From an uncultured Gemmatimonadales bacterium (GTDB lineage Bacteria; Gemmatimonadota; Gemmatimonadetes; Gemmatimonadales; GWC2-71-9), in contig CAVSLV010000001.1 in the NCBI GenBank assembly GCA_963728915.1, positions 192,001 through 256,000 on the forward strand: a DNA stretch of 64,000 nt, given 5' to 3'. The notes beneath the pieces were generated by a model that was given only the letters and a program-made list of their open reading frames with translations, had not been told where the DNA came from and did no database searches. A program made the translations under genes and the position numbers. Shown here piece after piece: positions 9,529 to 22,785 of the stretch; position 1 is the first letter of the stretch, and every line of letters starts with the position of its first letter.

Positions 9529-11082
9529 ATGCTCCCCGTCCTTTCCCCTTCCCAATCCCGCGCGTGGGATGAGCGCGCCCAGTCGGGAGGCATGCCCGTC
9601 CGTGCGCTCATGGAATCCGCCGGCCGGGGCGCCGTGGGGGTGCTCGCCGCGCGGTTTCCCGAGCGGCTCCGCACTGGGGTCGTGGTGGTCACCGGTCCCG
9701 GCAACAACGGGGGCGACGGATGGGTGGTGGCCCGGGCGCTCCATGCCGCCGGGGTCCCGGTCTGGGTCGCGTCGGCGGCGGCCCCGCAGGGTGAGCTGCC
9801 CCTGGCGGTAGCCCAGGCGGCGCGCGAAACCGGAGTCCGGGAGGTGGCGCCCGACGGGCCGTGGCCTAACCCGGGACTCCTGGTCGACGCCCTCCTCGGT
9901 ACCGGGGCTCGCGGCGCTCCGCGGGGGCCGGTGGCGGCCTCCCTCGCGCGGATCGCCGACCTCGCCATGCCGGTGGTGGCGCTCGACGGGCCGAGCGGTC
10001 TCGATCTGGAGACCGGGGTCCAGCATGGCCCGCTCCGCGCCACCCTCACGATCACCTTCGGCGGCTATCGTCGCGGCCATCTGCTGGCGCGGGACGACGT
10101 CGGAGACCTCGTGGTGCTGGATATCGGGCTCCCGCCGGGGGATTCGGGGTGGCCCGTCCTGGTGACCGAATCCGATCTGGCCGGCGCGGTGGTGCCGTTC
10201 GCCGCCGCGGTCCACAAGGGGCAGCGGGGCCGGATCGTGATCGTGGGAGGCGACGAGGGCATGACCGGCGCGGCCCGGCTCGCCGCCCGCGCCGCGTTTG
10301 CGGCGGGCGCCGGTCTGGTGCACGTCGTGGCGCCGGCCGGATCGGTCGCCATCCTGGCGACCGGGGAACCCGACCTCCAGACCACCGCCCAGCCGTTCGA
10401 GGCCAGGCCTAACCCGCGGACCGTCCGGCTGCTGGGCGGGGCCGACGCCGCGGTGATCGGCCCCGGGTTAGGGCGGAGCGCGTCCCGGCCCGAGTTCATC
10501 GAGGCGGTGATCGAGGCGCTCCCCGGGCCCGCCCCGATCCTGCTCGACGCCGACGGCCTGTTCGTCTTCGCCGGCCAGACCGATCGGCTGCGCGACGCCC
10601 TGCGGGGCCGCACCGCCATTCTCACCCCCCACGCCGGCGAATTCCGCGCCCTCTTCCCCGACCTGGCGAGCCACCTCACCGTGGACCCCTGGGGCGCCGC
10701 GCAGGCCGCGTCGGAGCGGCTCGGTGTGGTCCTGCTCCTCAAGGGGGTCCCCACCGTCGTCGCCACCGCCGGCCGACTGCTGACGGTCGCGGGAGGGAAT
10801 CCCGGGCTCGCGACCGGCGGGAGCGGGGATACCCTGAGTGGACTCACCGCCACGCTCGCGGGGCAGGGCATCGAACCGGCCCTCTCGGCTGCGGCCGCGT
10901 CGTTCATCGCGGGCGAAGCGGCCGACATCGCGGCCCGGCGAGTGACCGCGAGGTCCATGCGGCCGATGGATGTCCTGGCCGCGCTTCCCGATGTGTGGCG
11001 GCGGCTCGACCTGGTGCGCCGGATGCCGCCGCCGCCCCGGTTGCCGATCCTGCACGAGCTTCCCGCGCCGATCCGGGTGTAG
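9529..11082 (+). CDS. nnr: Bifunctional NAD(P)H-hydrate epimerase/dehydratase
   Basis: LMESAG, GPGNNGGDG, DALLGTG, HKGQRG, GPGLG, LDADG, TPHAGEF, ATGGSGDTL. Confidence 0.93.
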   Translation: MLPVLSPSQSRAWDERAQSGGMPVRALMESAGRGAVGVLAARFPERLRTGVVVVTGPGNNGGDGWVVARALHAAGVPVWVASAAAPQGELPLAVAQAARETGVREVAPDGPWPNPGLLVDALLGTGARGAPRGPVAASLARIADLAMPVVALDGPSGLDLETGVQHGPLRATLTITFGGYRRGHLLARDDVGDLVVLDIGLPPGDSGWPVLVTESDLAGAVVPFAAAVHKGQRGRIVIVGGDEGMTGAARLAARAAFAAGAGLVHVVAPAGSVAILATGEPDLQTTAQPFEARPNPRTVRLLGGADAAVIGPGLGRSASRPEFIEAVIEALPGPAPILLDADGLFVFAGQTDRLRDALRGRTAILTPHAGEFRALFPDLASHLTVDPWGAAQAASERLGVVLLLKGVPTVVATAGRLLTVAGGNPGLATGGSGDTLSGLTATLAGQGIEPALSAAAASFIAGEAADIAARRVTARSMRPMDVLAALPDVWRRLDLVRRMPPPPRLPILHELPAPIRV

Positions 11083-11085
11083 TCG

Positions 11086-12039
11086 ATGAGCCTGACCGCG
11101 CTGGGGAAGGGAGCCGAGTTCGACCGGATTCGCGCCATCGCCAGGGCGCTGGGCGAGCGGGCCCCCCAATTGGGAAGCGACTGCGCCTTCCTGGAGATCA
11201 GCGGCTCCACGCTGGCCCTGACCACCGATGTCAGCGTCGAAGGGGTGCATTTTCGACGGGAGTGGCTCACCCTGGAGGAAATCGGCTGGCGAGCGGTCGC
11301 CGCATCGCTCTCCGATCTCGCGGCCGCAGCCGCGGAGCCTCTGGGGGTTCTGGTGGCCCTTACCATGCCGGCGGGAGAGCCGGAATCCAGCTTCTCGCGA
11401 ATCATGTCCGGCGCGGGTGACGCCGTCGCGTCGGTTGGCGCATCCGTGCTGGGCGGCGACCTCTCCCGAGGCCCTTCCGTCGCTGTTGCCGTTACCGCGG
11501 TCGGGAAGGCAGCCCACCCGATGCGACGGAGGGGCGCCCGGCCTGGCGATGGCCTCTGGGTAACCGGTGAGCTCGGAGGCGCCCGCGCCGCGCTCAAGGC
11601 CTGGGAGCGCGGAGAAGAGCCCGATCCCTCGGCACGAACCCGCTTCGCCCGGCCGGAGCCGCGAATCACCGCAGGGCAATGGCTGGCGTCCTGCGGGGCC
11701 ACCGCGATGATGGACCTGAGCGATGGCCTCGCAGGGGACGCGGGGCACCTTGCCGCAGCCTCCGGAGTCTCCCTCGTCATCGATCTCGGCCTGGTTCCCC
11801 GGCATCCGGCGGTGGATCCGGAAGCCGAACGTGCCGGAGAACCGGCGGCCTCCTTCGCGGCCCAAGGCGGAGAAGACTACGAGCTGCTGGTCGCACTCCC
11901 GGTGGATCCACCCGACGTGTCGTCCGCGCCGGTCCGACTCACCCGGATTGGGAGAGTGGAGAAGGGAGCGCCGGGTCGGGTGATTCTCGAGATCGGAGGA
12001 TCACCCCTCGCCCTCACCAGTTACGATCACTTCGCATGA
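11086..12039 (+). CDS. thiL: Thiamine-phosphate kinase
   Basis: EFDRI, DCA, EGVHF, SDLAA, MDLSDGL, GGEDYELL. Confidence 0.93.
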   Translation: MSLTALGKGAEFDRIRAIARALGERAPQLGSDCAFLEISGSTLALTTDVSVEGVHFRREWLTLEEIGWRAVAASLSDLAAAAAEPLGVLVALTMPAGEPESSFSRIMSGAGDAVASVGASVLGGDLSRGPSVAVAVTAVGKAAHPMRRRGARPGDGLWVTGELGGARAALKAWERGEEPDPSARTRFARPEPRITAGQWLASCGATAMMDLSDGLAGDAGHLAAASGVSLVIDLGLVPRHPAVDPEAERAGEPAASFAAQGGEDYELLVALPVDPPDVSSAPVRLTRIGRVEKGAPGRVILEIGGSPLALTSYDHFA

Positions 12040-12743
12040 TCGGATTCCTGCGCTACGCCCTCGGCTGGATCGTGTTCATGGGGTGGTGGGGCTCCGGAGT
12101 CGTGCTCTCGGCGCTGTTCGGAGTACGGTATCGGCCCGGCAATATCTACGATCGATCGGGCCGGGAATGGGGGAAGGGAATGCTCCGGTTCTGCCGGATC
12201 GCGGTCCGGGTCGAGCATCGCGAGCGGATTCCGGAAGGACCGGTCGTCTTCGTTTCCAATCATGCCTCGCAGATCGACATCTGGGCCCTGCTGGCCGAGC
12301 TGCCCGGCTCGGTGCGATTCGTGTACAAGAAAGGGATGGACTGGATCCCCCTGATGGGGTTGGCGATGCGGCGAGCCCGGCACATCCCGATCAAGCGTCA
12401 GATCAAGTCGCAGGCGTTCTCCGCGTACGACGACGCGGCGAAGCTGATTCAGGGCGGGATCTCCGCCGTCGTCTTTGCCGAGGGCACCCGTTCGCGGGAT
12501 GGGAGGCTGCAACCCTTCAAGCGAGGGCCTTTCGTGCTGGCGATCGCCGCGCAGGCGCCGGTGGTGCCGGTCTTCTGTGAGAATACCTTCGCCCTGATGC
12601 CGAAGGGCAATTTCAGCCCGAAGCCCGGCGCCATCACCATACACATCGGGCACCCCATTCCTACCGAGGGGATGACCCACGAAGATCGCGCCGGTCTGGC
12701 CGAGCAGACCCGGGCGCAACTCATTACAATGGGAGCGACATGA
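12036..12743 (+). CDS. plsC: 1-acyl-sn-glycerol-3-phosphate acyltransferase
   Basis: NHASQID (HxxxxD), FAEGTRS, PFKRG motifs; ATGA overlap with thiL. Confidence 0.88.
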   Translation: MIGFLRYALGWIVFMGWWGSGVVLSALFGVRYRPGNIYDRSGREWGKGMLRFCRIAVRVEHRERIPEGPVVFVSNHASQIDIWALLAELPGSVRFVYKKGMDWIPLMGLAMRRARHIPIKRQIKSQAFSAYDDAAKLIQGGISAVVFAEGTRSRDGRLQPFKRGPFVLAIAAQAPVVPVFCENTFALMPKGNFSPKPGAITIHIGHPIPTEGMTHEDRAGLAEQTRAQLITMGAT

Positions 12744-12769
12744 ACCGAACCATCCTCACTCCGGGTTAG

Positions 12770-14337
<1,568 letters not shown>

Positions 14338-16735
14338 GGGTCGGTCCCGCCAGCGCCAGCCCTCCGCCGGGACAGCCCGGCATCGAACCTCGCTGGACCT
14401 CGAGCGCCAAAAGCGGAGTGGGAACGGCGGTCGGCGCGCAGAGCCGCGTCTGGTTCACCCTCTCCCACGGAATCGTGAATGAGGTGTACTACCCCCGCGT
14501 CGATCAGGCCAACACGCGGGATCTTGGTTTCCTCGTGACCGCCGCTGATGGCTTCGTCTCCGAAGAAAAGCGGCACGCCACCCATGCGGTCGAGCCGCTC
14601 CAGACCGGCGTCCCGGGTTACCGGCTCACCAATACCTGCAACCGGGGCCGGTACCGGACCCTCAAGCGGATCGTCACCGATCCGGCCCGTGATGTCCTGC
14701 TGCAGCAAGTTCACTTCGAGCCTCGGGGCGGGAAGCCGGACGAATTCCGCCTCTTCGTCCTCCTGGCCCCCCACCTCGGCAATCAGGGGTGGGGCAACCA
14801 CGGCTGGATCGGCGAATACAAAGGCCACCGGATGCTGTTCGCCGCCCGAGGAGCGACCGCCCTGGCACTCGCCTGCTCGGTTCCATTTGAGGTTGCGAGT
14901 TGTGGGTATGTCGGTGTCAGCGATGGCTGGCAGGACATCACCCGCTCCGGCCGCCTGGTCCAGACCTACCAGGATGCGCCGGACGGGAACGTCGCCCTGG
15001 CGGCTCAGATTGGAGCGGCCGGGCTGGCGAATGGGTTTGTTCTGGCGCTCGGCTTCGGCGGGACTTGGACCGAGGCGGGAGAACAGGCCCGCGCTTCGCT
15101 GATGGATCCGTACGAGGCCATCGAAGCAGAGTATGTCCGGGGGTGGAATCGGTATCAGGCCGGGTGCAAGCGGCCAGGCCCCGAGGAAGCCGGACTCGAC
15201 CTCTTCCGAGTCAGCACCGCCGTCATCGGGACCCATGAGGACAAGACCCATGCGGGCGCCATCATCGCGAGCCTCTCGGTTCCCTGGGGCGACGCACGGG
15301 GCGACCACGACCTGGGCGGATACCATCTGGTCTGGCCCCGCGACCTGGTGGAATCCGCCACCGCACTCTTCGCCATCGGACAGTGGGCGGCGGCGCGGCG
15401 AACCCTGACCTTTCTGGAGGCCACCCAGGAGTCGGACGGCCATTGGCCGCAGAACATGTGGCTGGACGGCGAGCCGTACTGGAGCGGGATCCAGCTGGAT
15501 GAAACGGGATTTCCGATTCTGCTTGCTGATTTGCTCCGCCGCCATGGGGCCCTCGGTGGCGGCGATCCCTGGCCGATGGTGCGGCGGGCCGCGGGCTATC
15601 TCGCGAGGGTAGGACCGGTAACCCCGCAGGATCGTTGGGAAGAAGATGCGGGATACTCGCCCTTCACCCTGGCGGTGACCGTCGCGGCCCTGCTCGCGGC
15701 CGCGGATTTCGCGGACAATGCCAACGAGCATACGCTGGCCGGGTATTTCCGCGACACCGCCGATGTCTGGAACGCGGGAATCGAGCGCTGGACCTACGTC
15801 ACGGGATCGGATGCTGCCACACACCTCGGCGTCGAAGGCTTTTACGCCCGGATCGCGCCGCCGGAGACCGCGGATGGCGAGTCCCCGATGAAGGGCTTCG
15901 TCCCGGTCAAGAACCGCCCGATGGATCACAGCCGGGCGGCGTATGGAGAGCTGGTCAGCACGGATGCTTTGGCCCTGGTGCGCTTCGGCCTCCGGCGAGC
16001 CGATGACCCGCGAATCCAGAATACTGTCCGGGTGATCGATTCATTGCTCTGCGCCGAAACCAGTACCGGCCCGGTCTGGCATCGGTACAACGGTGACGGA
16101 TACGGGGAGCACGGTGACGGGTCACCGTTCGACGGTACCGGCAGGGGCCGGGGTTGGCCCCTGCTTGCGGGGGAGCGGGGCCACTATGAGCTGGCAGCGG
16201 GGAACCCTTCCCGTGCCCGCGAATTGCTGAGGGTCATGGGGGCTCAGACGAGCCCGGGAGGATTCCTTCCGGAACAGGTTTGGGATGCCCCGGACATTCC
16301 CGAGCGAGAGCTGATCAACGGACAACCCTCCGGATCGGCCATGCCTTTGGTCTGGGCCCACGCGGAGTACATCAAGCTCACCTGCTCGCTGGCCGAGGGC
16401 CGGGTGTTCGACCTGCCGCCCCAAACGGTCCACCGGTACCTGGAGGCGCCGGCCCCGTGCCGCCTCGCCGTCTGGCGATTCAACAACAAGATCCGGAACA
16501 TGTCGCCAGGTCGCATCCTGCGCGTCGAGGTCCTGGCGCCGGCGGTTGTCCACTGGAGCGCCGACGACTGGCGGACGGTGGCCGATCTGCCGACCACCGA
16601 CACTGGTGTGGGCATCTATTTCGCCGATCTGCCTGCAAGCGCCCTGGAGTCGGACACCACGATCCGCTTCACCTTCCGTTGGCCTGAGGCCGACCGCTGG
16701 GAGGGTGCCGACTTTACAGTGGCGGTGGGAACTCG

Positions 16736-18852
16736 CTAGGCGGGCTCGCTGGCTGACGATGGAGCGCCCAGGCGGATCGGCAGCCGGCGCACCCGGGTTC
16801 CAGTAAGCGCAAAAATCGCGTTAGTCACGGCGGGAGCGATCGGCGGAAGAGCGGGCTCTCCCACACCCCCTGGCTCCTCCTCACTTGGCACCAGATGCAC
16901 CTCCACCACCGGCATCTCCGACATCCGGAGCAGGGGATAGTCGTGGAAGTTGCTCTGCTGCACTCTTCCGTTCGCGAGAGTGATCTCTCCGTGTAACGCG
17001 GCCGCGAGCCCACCCACGATGGAGCCCGCGATCTGTCCCTCCACGATGCCGGGGTGAATGACCCGGCCGCAATCCGCCGCGCAGGTGACCCGGTGGACCC
17101 GGACCCGGTTCCCTTCGACGGAAACCTCGGCCACATGGGCCATCATTCCTCCCCGGTCGTTGAGGAGAGCCACTCCACGGGCGCGTCCCGCCGGAGGAGG
17201 CCCACCCCATCCGCTCTTCTCCGCGACGAGCTCCAGCACCCGGCGCAATCTCGGTGATTCCGCGAGCAGCTCCATGCGGAATTCCACGGGATCGCGCTTG
17301 GCGAGATGGGCCAGCTCGTCCACGAAGCTCTCCATGATGAACGTGTTCTGGGAGGGACCGACCGAGCGCCAGTAACCGACCGGCACCGGAAGATCCGGTC
17401 GGCAATACTCGATCAGCAGGTTGGGAATTCGATAGTCGTGTTCCGCGATCCCGGCCACCGCCGGGCCGTCCACGCCGCTCCGGCTGGCGAAGGGCTGGGC
17501 CACGGCTCTGACGTGCAGTGCGAGCAGCTTGCCGTCGCCGTCGAGGGCTCCCGCGAAGCGATGGTACGCCGCAGGGCGATAGAAATCGTGCTGCATATCC
17601 TCTTCCCGGCTCCAGAGCATCTGCACCGGGGCGCCGACGGCCTTCGAGGTCTCCACCGCGTCCTCGATGAAATCGGTCGAGCTCTTCCGGCCCCAGCCGC
17701 ACCCGAGGAAGGTGACGTGGACCGTCACGGCGTCGATCGGGAGGCCGGTGAGGCGCGCCGCCGCACTCTGCGCGCCCTGGGGATTCTGGGTCGGGGCCCA
17801 GAGCTCGCAACGGTCGCCGCTCACGTGCGCGGTGCAATTCATCGGCTCCATCGTCGCGTGGGCGAGATAGGGCGCCTGGTACACCGCCTCGAGGCGGCGC
17901 CCCTCTCCCGCGCCGGCGATCACGCCGAGCGCATCGCCCCGCTTTTCCGCCTCGAATCCGGGCCGCTCGGCCAGGTCCGTGAAGCTCCGGAAGATCTCGT
18001 CGCTTCCCAGGCCAAACCCGCCATCGATCCATCGGACTTCGAGGGCCCGGGCCCCTTGAAATGCGGCCCAGGTCGTCTCGCCGACCACGGCGATTCCCTT
18101 GGAGATCTGGGCCACCTGGCGGACACCCGGTACGGCCTTCGCACGGGCAGCATCGAACGAGCCGACCCGGTCTCCGAATCGGGGCGGATGGACGACCGTG
18201 GCGAACAACATCCCGGGAATCCGGATGTCGGCCCCGAACTTTGCCGCGCCGGTCACCTTCATCGGATTGTCGACGATCTTCGCCCGGGTACCGATGAGCC
18301 GGAACTTCGCGGGATCCTTGAGAGCGGGACTGGCTGGGACGGGAAGGGCGGCCGCTGCGTCGGCGACTTCGCCATACTTGACCATCCGCTTCGTGGCGGG
18401 ATGGCGTGATTCGACCGCCGTCCGTCACGCACTCGGTGGGTTTCACGCCCCATCGGGCCGCGGCGGCGGCGACCAGCATCTCGCGCGCAGCCGCGCCGGC
18501 CTTGCGGAGCGGCATCCAGGCGCCGTTCCGCACACTCGAGCTTCCCACCGTCATCATCCGTCCGTAGGCAGTGGGATGGGCGTCGGCCTGCTCCACCCGC
18601 ACCCGGCTCCAATCGGCGTCGAGCTCTTCCGCGACGATCATCGGGAGGCCGGTGCGGACACCCTGGCCCATATCGGACTTGGCGCACCAGATGGTCACCA
18701 CGTCGTCCGGAGCGATCCGGACGAAGACGCTGGGTTGAAAGGTCTCGGCTTCTCCCGTCGAGCCTGCGCTCCTCTTCCAGGGGAGCTCGATGCCGATCAG
18801 GAGACCGCCGCCTGCGACGGCGCCGAACTTGAGGAAATCGTCGCCGTTCCAT
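16736..18852 (-). CDS. iorB: Isoquinoline 1-oxidoreductase beta-like molybdopterin-binding subunit (frameshifts near 18840 and 18400)
   Basis: Tat-like MERR(D)FLK start, [33 protein letters not shown], spread over three frames. Confidence 0.85.
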
Positions 18853-19315
18853 CAGCGTTCCCTCCTTCGCGGCGGTGTGAATCGCGCGGCGGATCCGGTC
18901 ATAGGTGCCGCAGCGGCACAGGTTCCCGGACATCGCCGCATCGATATCCGCATCGGTGGGAGCGGAATGTCTGGCGAGCAGCGCCGAGGCGGACATGATC
19001 TGGCCCGACTGGCAGTACCCGCACTGGGGAACGCTCTCGGCGATCCAGGCGCGCTGAACCCGGTGGCTCGCATCGGGCGAGAGGCCTTCGATGGTGGTCA
19101 CCTCTCTCGGCGCCCACGGCTTCGAGCGGGGTCATGCAGGACCGGACCGCGTCACCGTCGAGATGCACGGTGCAGGCGCCGCACTGTCCGATCCCGCACC
19201 CATACTTGGTGCCGGTCAGGTTCAGCACGTCGCGGAGGACCCAGAGCAGCGGAGTGTTGGGGTCGGCCTCCACCTGCCGGGTGGCGCCGTTGACGCGGAG
19301 GGTTACCGAGGGCAT
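18852..19315 (-). CDS. iorA: (2Fe-2S)-binding subunit, IorA family (frameshift near 19100)
   Basis: [25 protein letters not shown], then [18 protein letters not shown] in the next frame. Confidence 0.88.
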
Positions 19316-19368
19316 CCTGGCCTCCTCGAAGCCGGTCCTCCCCACGCTAGCGCAGGACCCGCCCCGAT

Positions 19369-20930
19369 TCAAGGATTCGGGAACCTCGGGGGCCGGCGAT
19401 GATGGGTGCCCTGCTCGAAGGCGTAGCCAAGGCCGAGCAGGGACGGCTCGCTGAATGGGCGCCCCAGGAACTCGATCCCCACCGGGCAGGCCGTCCACGG
19501 TGAATCCACCCGGCACCGTGAGCGCCGGGAATCCGATCGCCGGGCTGAGCCCGCGATTGTCTCCCTTCCCATAGCCATCATTGGGCCGGGATCGGAAGAG
19601 CACGCTGTCGGGAATGACGGACGGCTGGTGCCAGAAGGTGGGATAGACGATGGCGTCGAGGTGCTGGTTGGCCATCGCGGTCAGGACCGCGAGACGCAGG
19701 GTCTCGCGTCGTTCGATCACCTGGAGGTACCCGGGATCCTCCGGCGTCAGGTTCACCAGGCCGATCAGCGCCCTCGCCCGCGACGGCACCACGACTCCGG
19801 AGAGCAGGATGTCCTTGAACGTCTTGACCGGGGCGTTCGGGTGCTGGGCGAGGTACCGGTTGGTGGCCTGCTCGGTTTCGTAATTGTTGTCGACCCGCCG
19901 GACCAGCTCCAGGGAATCGATGACCAGGGAGTCGATCACCACCGCTCCGAGCGTACGCAGCTCGGCGATGGCCTGGTTCACCACGGTGGCGACCTTGGCG
20001 TAGTCTTCCGAGCGAGGATCGGTGGAGGAGTCCATCGGCTCCCGGAGAATTCCAATCCGCGCGCCGCGCAGGGCGTCCGCGCGGAGCCCGTCGGTGTAGC
20101 TCCGCGGAATGTGGCTGACCGCATACGCGGTGATCGGATCCTCGGGGATCATATCCCGCCATGACGTCGAGGAGCAGCGCGGCATCCATCACGGTGCGGG
20201 CGATGGGCCCCATGGTATCCTGGGTCGGGTTGGCCGGAAGCATCCCGAATCGGCTCACCAGCTGGAGGGTGGGCCTGAGTCCTACCAGGGAGTTCACCGC
20301 GGCGGGACCTCGGACCGAGCCGCCGGTGTCTTCGCCGATTCCAATCAGGCCGAAGTTGGCCGCGACCCCGCTGCCGCTGCCGCCCGAGGAGCCACTCGGG
20401 TTGCGGGTCGGATCGTAGGCGTTCCGCACAATCCCAAACGCCGATCCCAGGTAGCGGGAGGCAAACTCGCCCATGGTGGTCTTGGCGAGGATGATCGCGC
20501 CGGCGGCCCGCAGCCGGGCTACCACGGTGGCATCCCGTTTGGGGATGAAGTCGCGAAAGAGCGCCGAGCCGTAGGTGGTCGGCAGATCGCTGGTTTCGAT
20601 CTGGTCCTTGACCAGCACGGGAATGCAGTGAAGCGATCCCGTCGGGGCGCCGGCCCGGCGGGCCCGGTCGAGCGAATCGGCCAGGACGAGGGCGCGCGGA
20701 TTGAGCGTCTGGATCGTATTGAGTGCCGGCCCCGCTTTGTCGTATGCGGCGATGCGGTCCAGGTAGCGCTGGACCAGGTCGTGACAGGTGAGCTGACCTT
20801 TGGCGAGGGCCTGGTGCACCTTCCCGATGGTCGTCTCGACCACTTCGAAGCCCTGGGCGTGCAGCGGCGCCGCGAGCGCGAGGAGGAGAACCAGTTTGCG
20901 CCCACCTCGGAGTGCGATGTTCTGTCGCAT
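19369..20930 (-). CDS. Amidase signature family protein with signal peptide (frameshifts near 20145 and 19485)
   Basis: [24 protein letters not shown]-terminal [25 protein letters not shown]. Confidence 0.87.
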
Positions 20931-21041
20931 GGCGATCACCGTTTCGAGAGCCAGGGGCCACACCTTGTGCGGTCCATCCTCGGCCGCGTCGTCAGAAACA
21001 ATACCTTCAAATGCGCCGCTGTGGGCGCGGGAGAATACCTG

Positions 21042-21275
21042 ATGCCAAGATACGGGAAGACCGCCCAGCGGAAGGTCAAACGGGCGATGCACGAGCGGAA
21101 GCGGGGGACGTTGCGAAGCGGCCGGTCCGGCAAGCGGGTCACGAGCCGAAAGCAGGCGATCGCGATCGGACTCTCGGAAGCTCGCCGCGCCGGCGGAAAG
21201 GTCCCCAGACGCTCCTCGCGTTCTGGCCGCCGTTCCTCCAGCTCCGGAAGCCGAAGCCGCGGGCGCAGCCGGTAG
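21042..21275 (+). CDS. DUF6496-like small basic protein
   Basis: MPRYGKTAQRKVKRAMHERKRGTLRSGRSGKRVTSRKQAIAIGLSEARRAGGKVP; GGGAG RBS. Confidence 0.8.
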   Translation: MPRYGKTAQRKVKRAMHERKRGTLRSGRSGKRVTSRKQAIAIGLSEARRAGGKVPRRSSRSGRRSSSSGSRSRGRSR

Positions 21276-21356
21276 CTTCTTCGGGTCTTTCCTTGGGCCA
21301 CCGTATCTGCTGACTGGGACCCTGAGCCCGGTGATGGGTTATTTTTCCGGGTTCAG

Positions 21357-21430
21357 GGCAGGGTAGCTCAGGTGGTTAGAGCACGGCACTCATAATGCCG
21401 GGGTCGTGGGTTCGAGTCCCACCCCTGCTA
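21357..21430 (+). tRNA. tRNA with CAT anticodon (elongator Met most likely; Ile2 not excluded), CCA not encoded
   Basis: Cloverleaf: GGCAGGG/CCCTGCT acceptor, GCTC/GAGC D-stem, CGGCA-CTCATAA-TGCCG, GTGGG-TTCGAGT-CCCAC. Confidence 0.95.
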
Positions 21431-21447
21431 TCGCTGACGTTCCCATC

Positions 21448-21476
21448 TTGACACGCGGCCCTTTTGGTGGACATTC
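21448..21476 (+). promoter_or_regulatory. Candidate sigma70 promoter for the RiPP-like operon
   Basis: Perfect TTGACA followed 16 nt later by a weak GACATT. Confidence 0.3.
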
Positions 21477-21632
21477 GGCGAAGCCCGGAATCGGGCTCGT
21501 GCCGGGTGCCCGGCACGTCTTCCCTTCCCACCGGCCTGGCCGGGGAGCTTCATCATGACGCGAGAGGCGACATTTTTCTCGGGTGAAGTGATGGCGAACA
21601 ACTGGAGCAACGAGGACGGTGGCGTCGCCACG

Positions 21633-21737
21633 ATGGCGGCGAAGAAGAAGGCGGGAAAGAAGAAGCCCACCAAGAAGCCCAAGCCCAAGGCGACGCGCCG
21701 GGGCCCGGGGTGCCAGAGCGGCAAGAAGACGTGCTAG
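21633..21737 (+). CDS. Putative RiPP precursor peptide (34 aa, Lys-rich, C-terminal Cys/Ser/Thr); in-frame starts also at 21591 and 21555
   Basis: MAAKKKAGKKKPTKKPKPKATRRGPGCQSGKKTC*; host-like codons (all Lys = AAG); abuts the kinase gene. Confidence 0.65.
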   Translation: MAAKKKAGKKKPTKKPKPKATRRGPGCQSGKKTC

Positions 21738-22785
21738 CTCGTCCCGGCTGAACTCTCCCGCAGGTATCGCCTATCTCCTGAACCTGGGCCTGCTCGACCC
21801 TGTCACCTTGGTCGAGCAGGGGGTTCGGGTTTCCGAAGTTTCCGGCCGGAACAACAACTTCCGGATCGCGGTCCCCGGCCGGCCCGGCTTCTTCCTCAAA
21901 CACGCACCGCCGGAGCCCGGGCTCGATCACCCGCTCGCCGCGGAAGCCGCCGTGTACCAATGGGCCGGCGGCGCGCCCGAGACTTCGGCCCTTCTTCCCG
22001 TCCTTCCCCGGCTGCTCCATTACGACCCCTCTCCCAGCATCCTGGTCCTCGAGCTGCTCCCTTTCGACGGACCCGATCAGTCCACGGCGGATCTTCTTCC
22101 CGGCCTGGCGCCTTGGTTGGCCGCCATTCACCGGGTCACCCCGCGAGACGGCGTTCTGGCCGCCCTCCCGCGGGACCCTCCCTGGGTGTTCGACCTAACC
22201 CGCCCATCTCCGGCTTCGCTCCGGGAGCTTGCACCGGCCCAGCTGACCTTGCTGCAGGCGATCCAGGCCGACGCCCGGGTCGAGCCGATTCTGGCGGCAA
22301 TGCGGCGGAACTGGATCGACGGTTCCCTGATTCACGGGGATTTCAAGGGGAGCAATCTTGCGGTCACATCCCGGGGACCGGTGTTGCTGGACTGGGAGCT
22401 GGCCCAGTGGGGTGACCCTGGCTGGGATCTGGGAGGCGTCTTTCAGGCGGTGATCTCGGAGGATGTTCTCGGTCTGGAGCTCCCTGCTCAGGCCGATCCG
22501 CCCCAGGCGACGGAATCGCTGGGCGCAATGATCGCCAGGCGCCGGCCCGACCTGGCCGCCTTCTGGGACCGGTATCGGGACGCCGCTGAGCTGGGCGCCG
22601 AAGCGGCCGGGGGCCTGCGTGACCGTCTCGCCTCGCACACCGGCCTCCGGCTGATCAAGACGGCGTACGAGTGGTGCCAGTCGGAGACCCGCATGCCGGG
22701 CCGTGCCGCGGCCCTGCTTCAGCTCGGTCTCAACATGCTGCAACAACCGGATGCCGCTGGGTCCATCGTGCTCGGAGTGGCGTGA
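21731..22785 (+). CDS. APH-family phosphotransferase (LanK-like peptide kinase); start ambiguous
   Basis: RNNNFRI, FFLKH, LIHGDFKGSN, LLDWELAQWGDPGWDLG; GTG 21731 joins the frame only if one C is missing near 21745. Confidence 0.8.

Noticed and set aside
16736..20930. Multiple frameshifts in amidase, iorA and iorB as programmed frameshifting or real pseudogenisation
   Set aside because: Similar single-base breaks occur in unrelated genes (28660, 34350-34465, 36305, 49780) without in-frame stops or slippery motifs. Sequencing or assembly indels are more parsimonious; raw reads are needed to decide.
21042..21275. DUF6496-like Ser/Arg-rich protein as the lanthipeptide precursor
   Set aside because: No Cys, separated from the enzymes by the tRNA, and resembles a widespread stand-alone family.
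21619..21745. Arg-rich N-terminal extension of the kinase given by the ORF track
   Set aside because: It is an alternative-frame reading of the Lys-rich peptide. Kinase-like sequence begins only near 21748.
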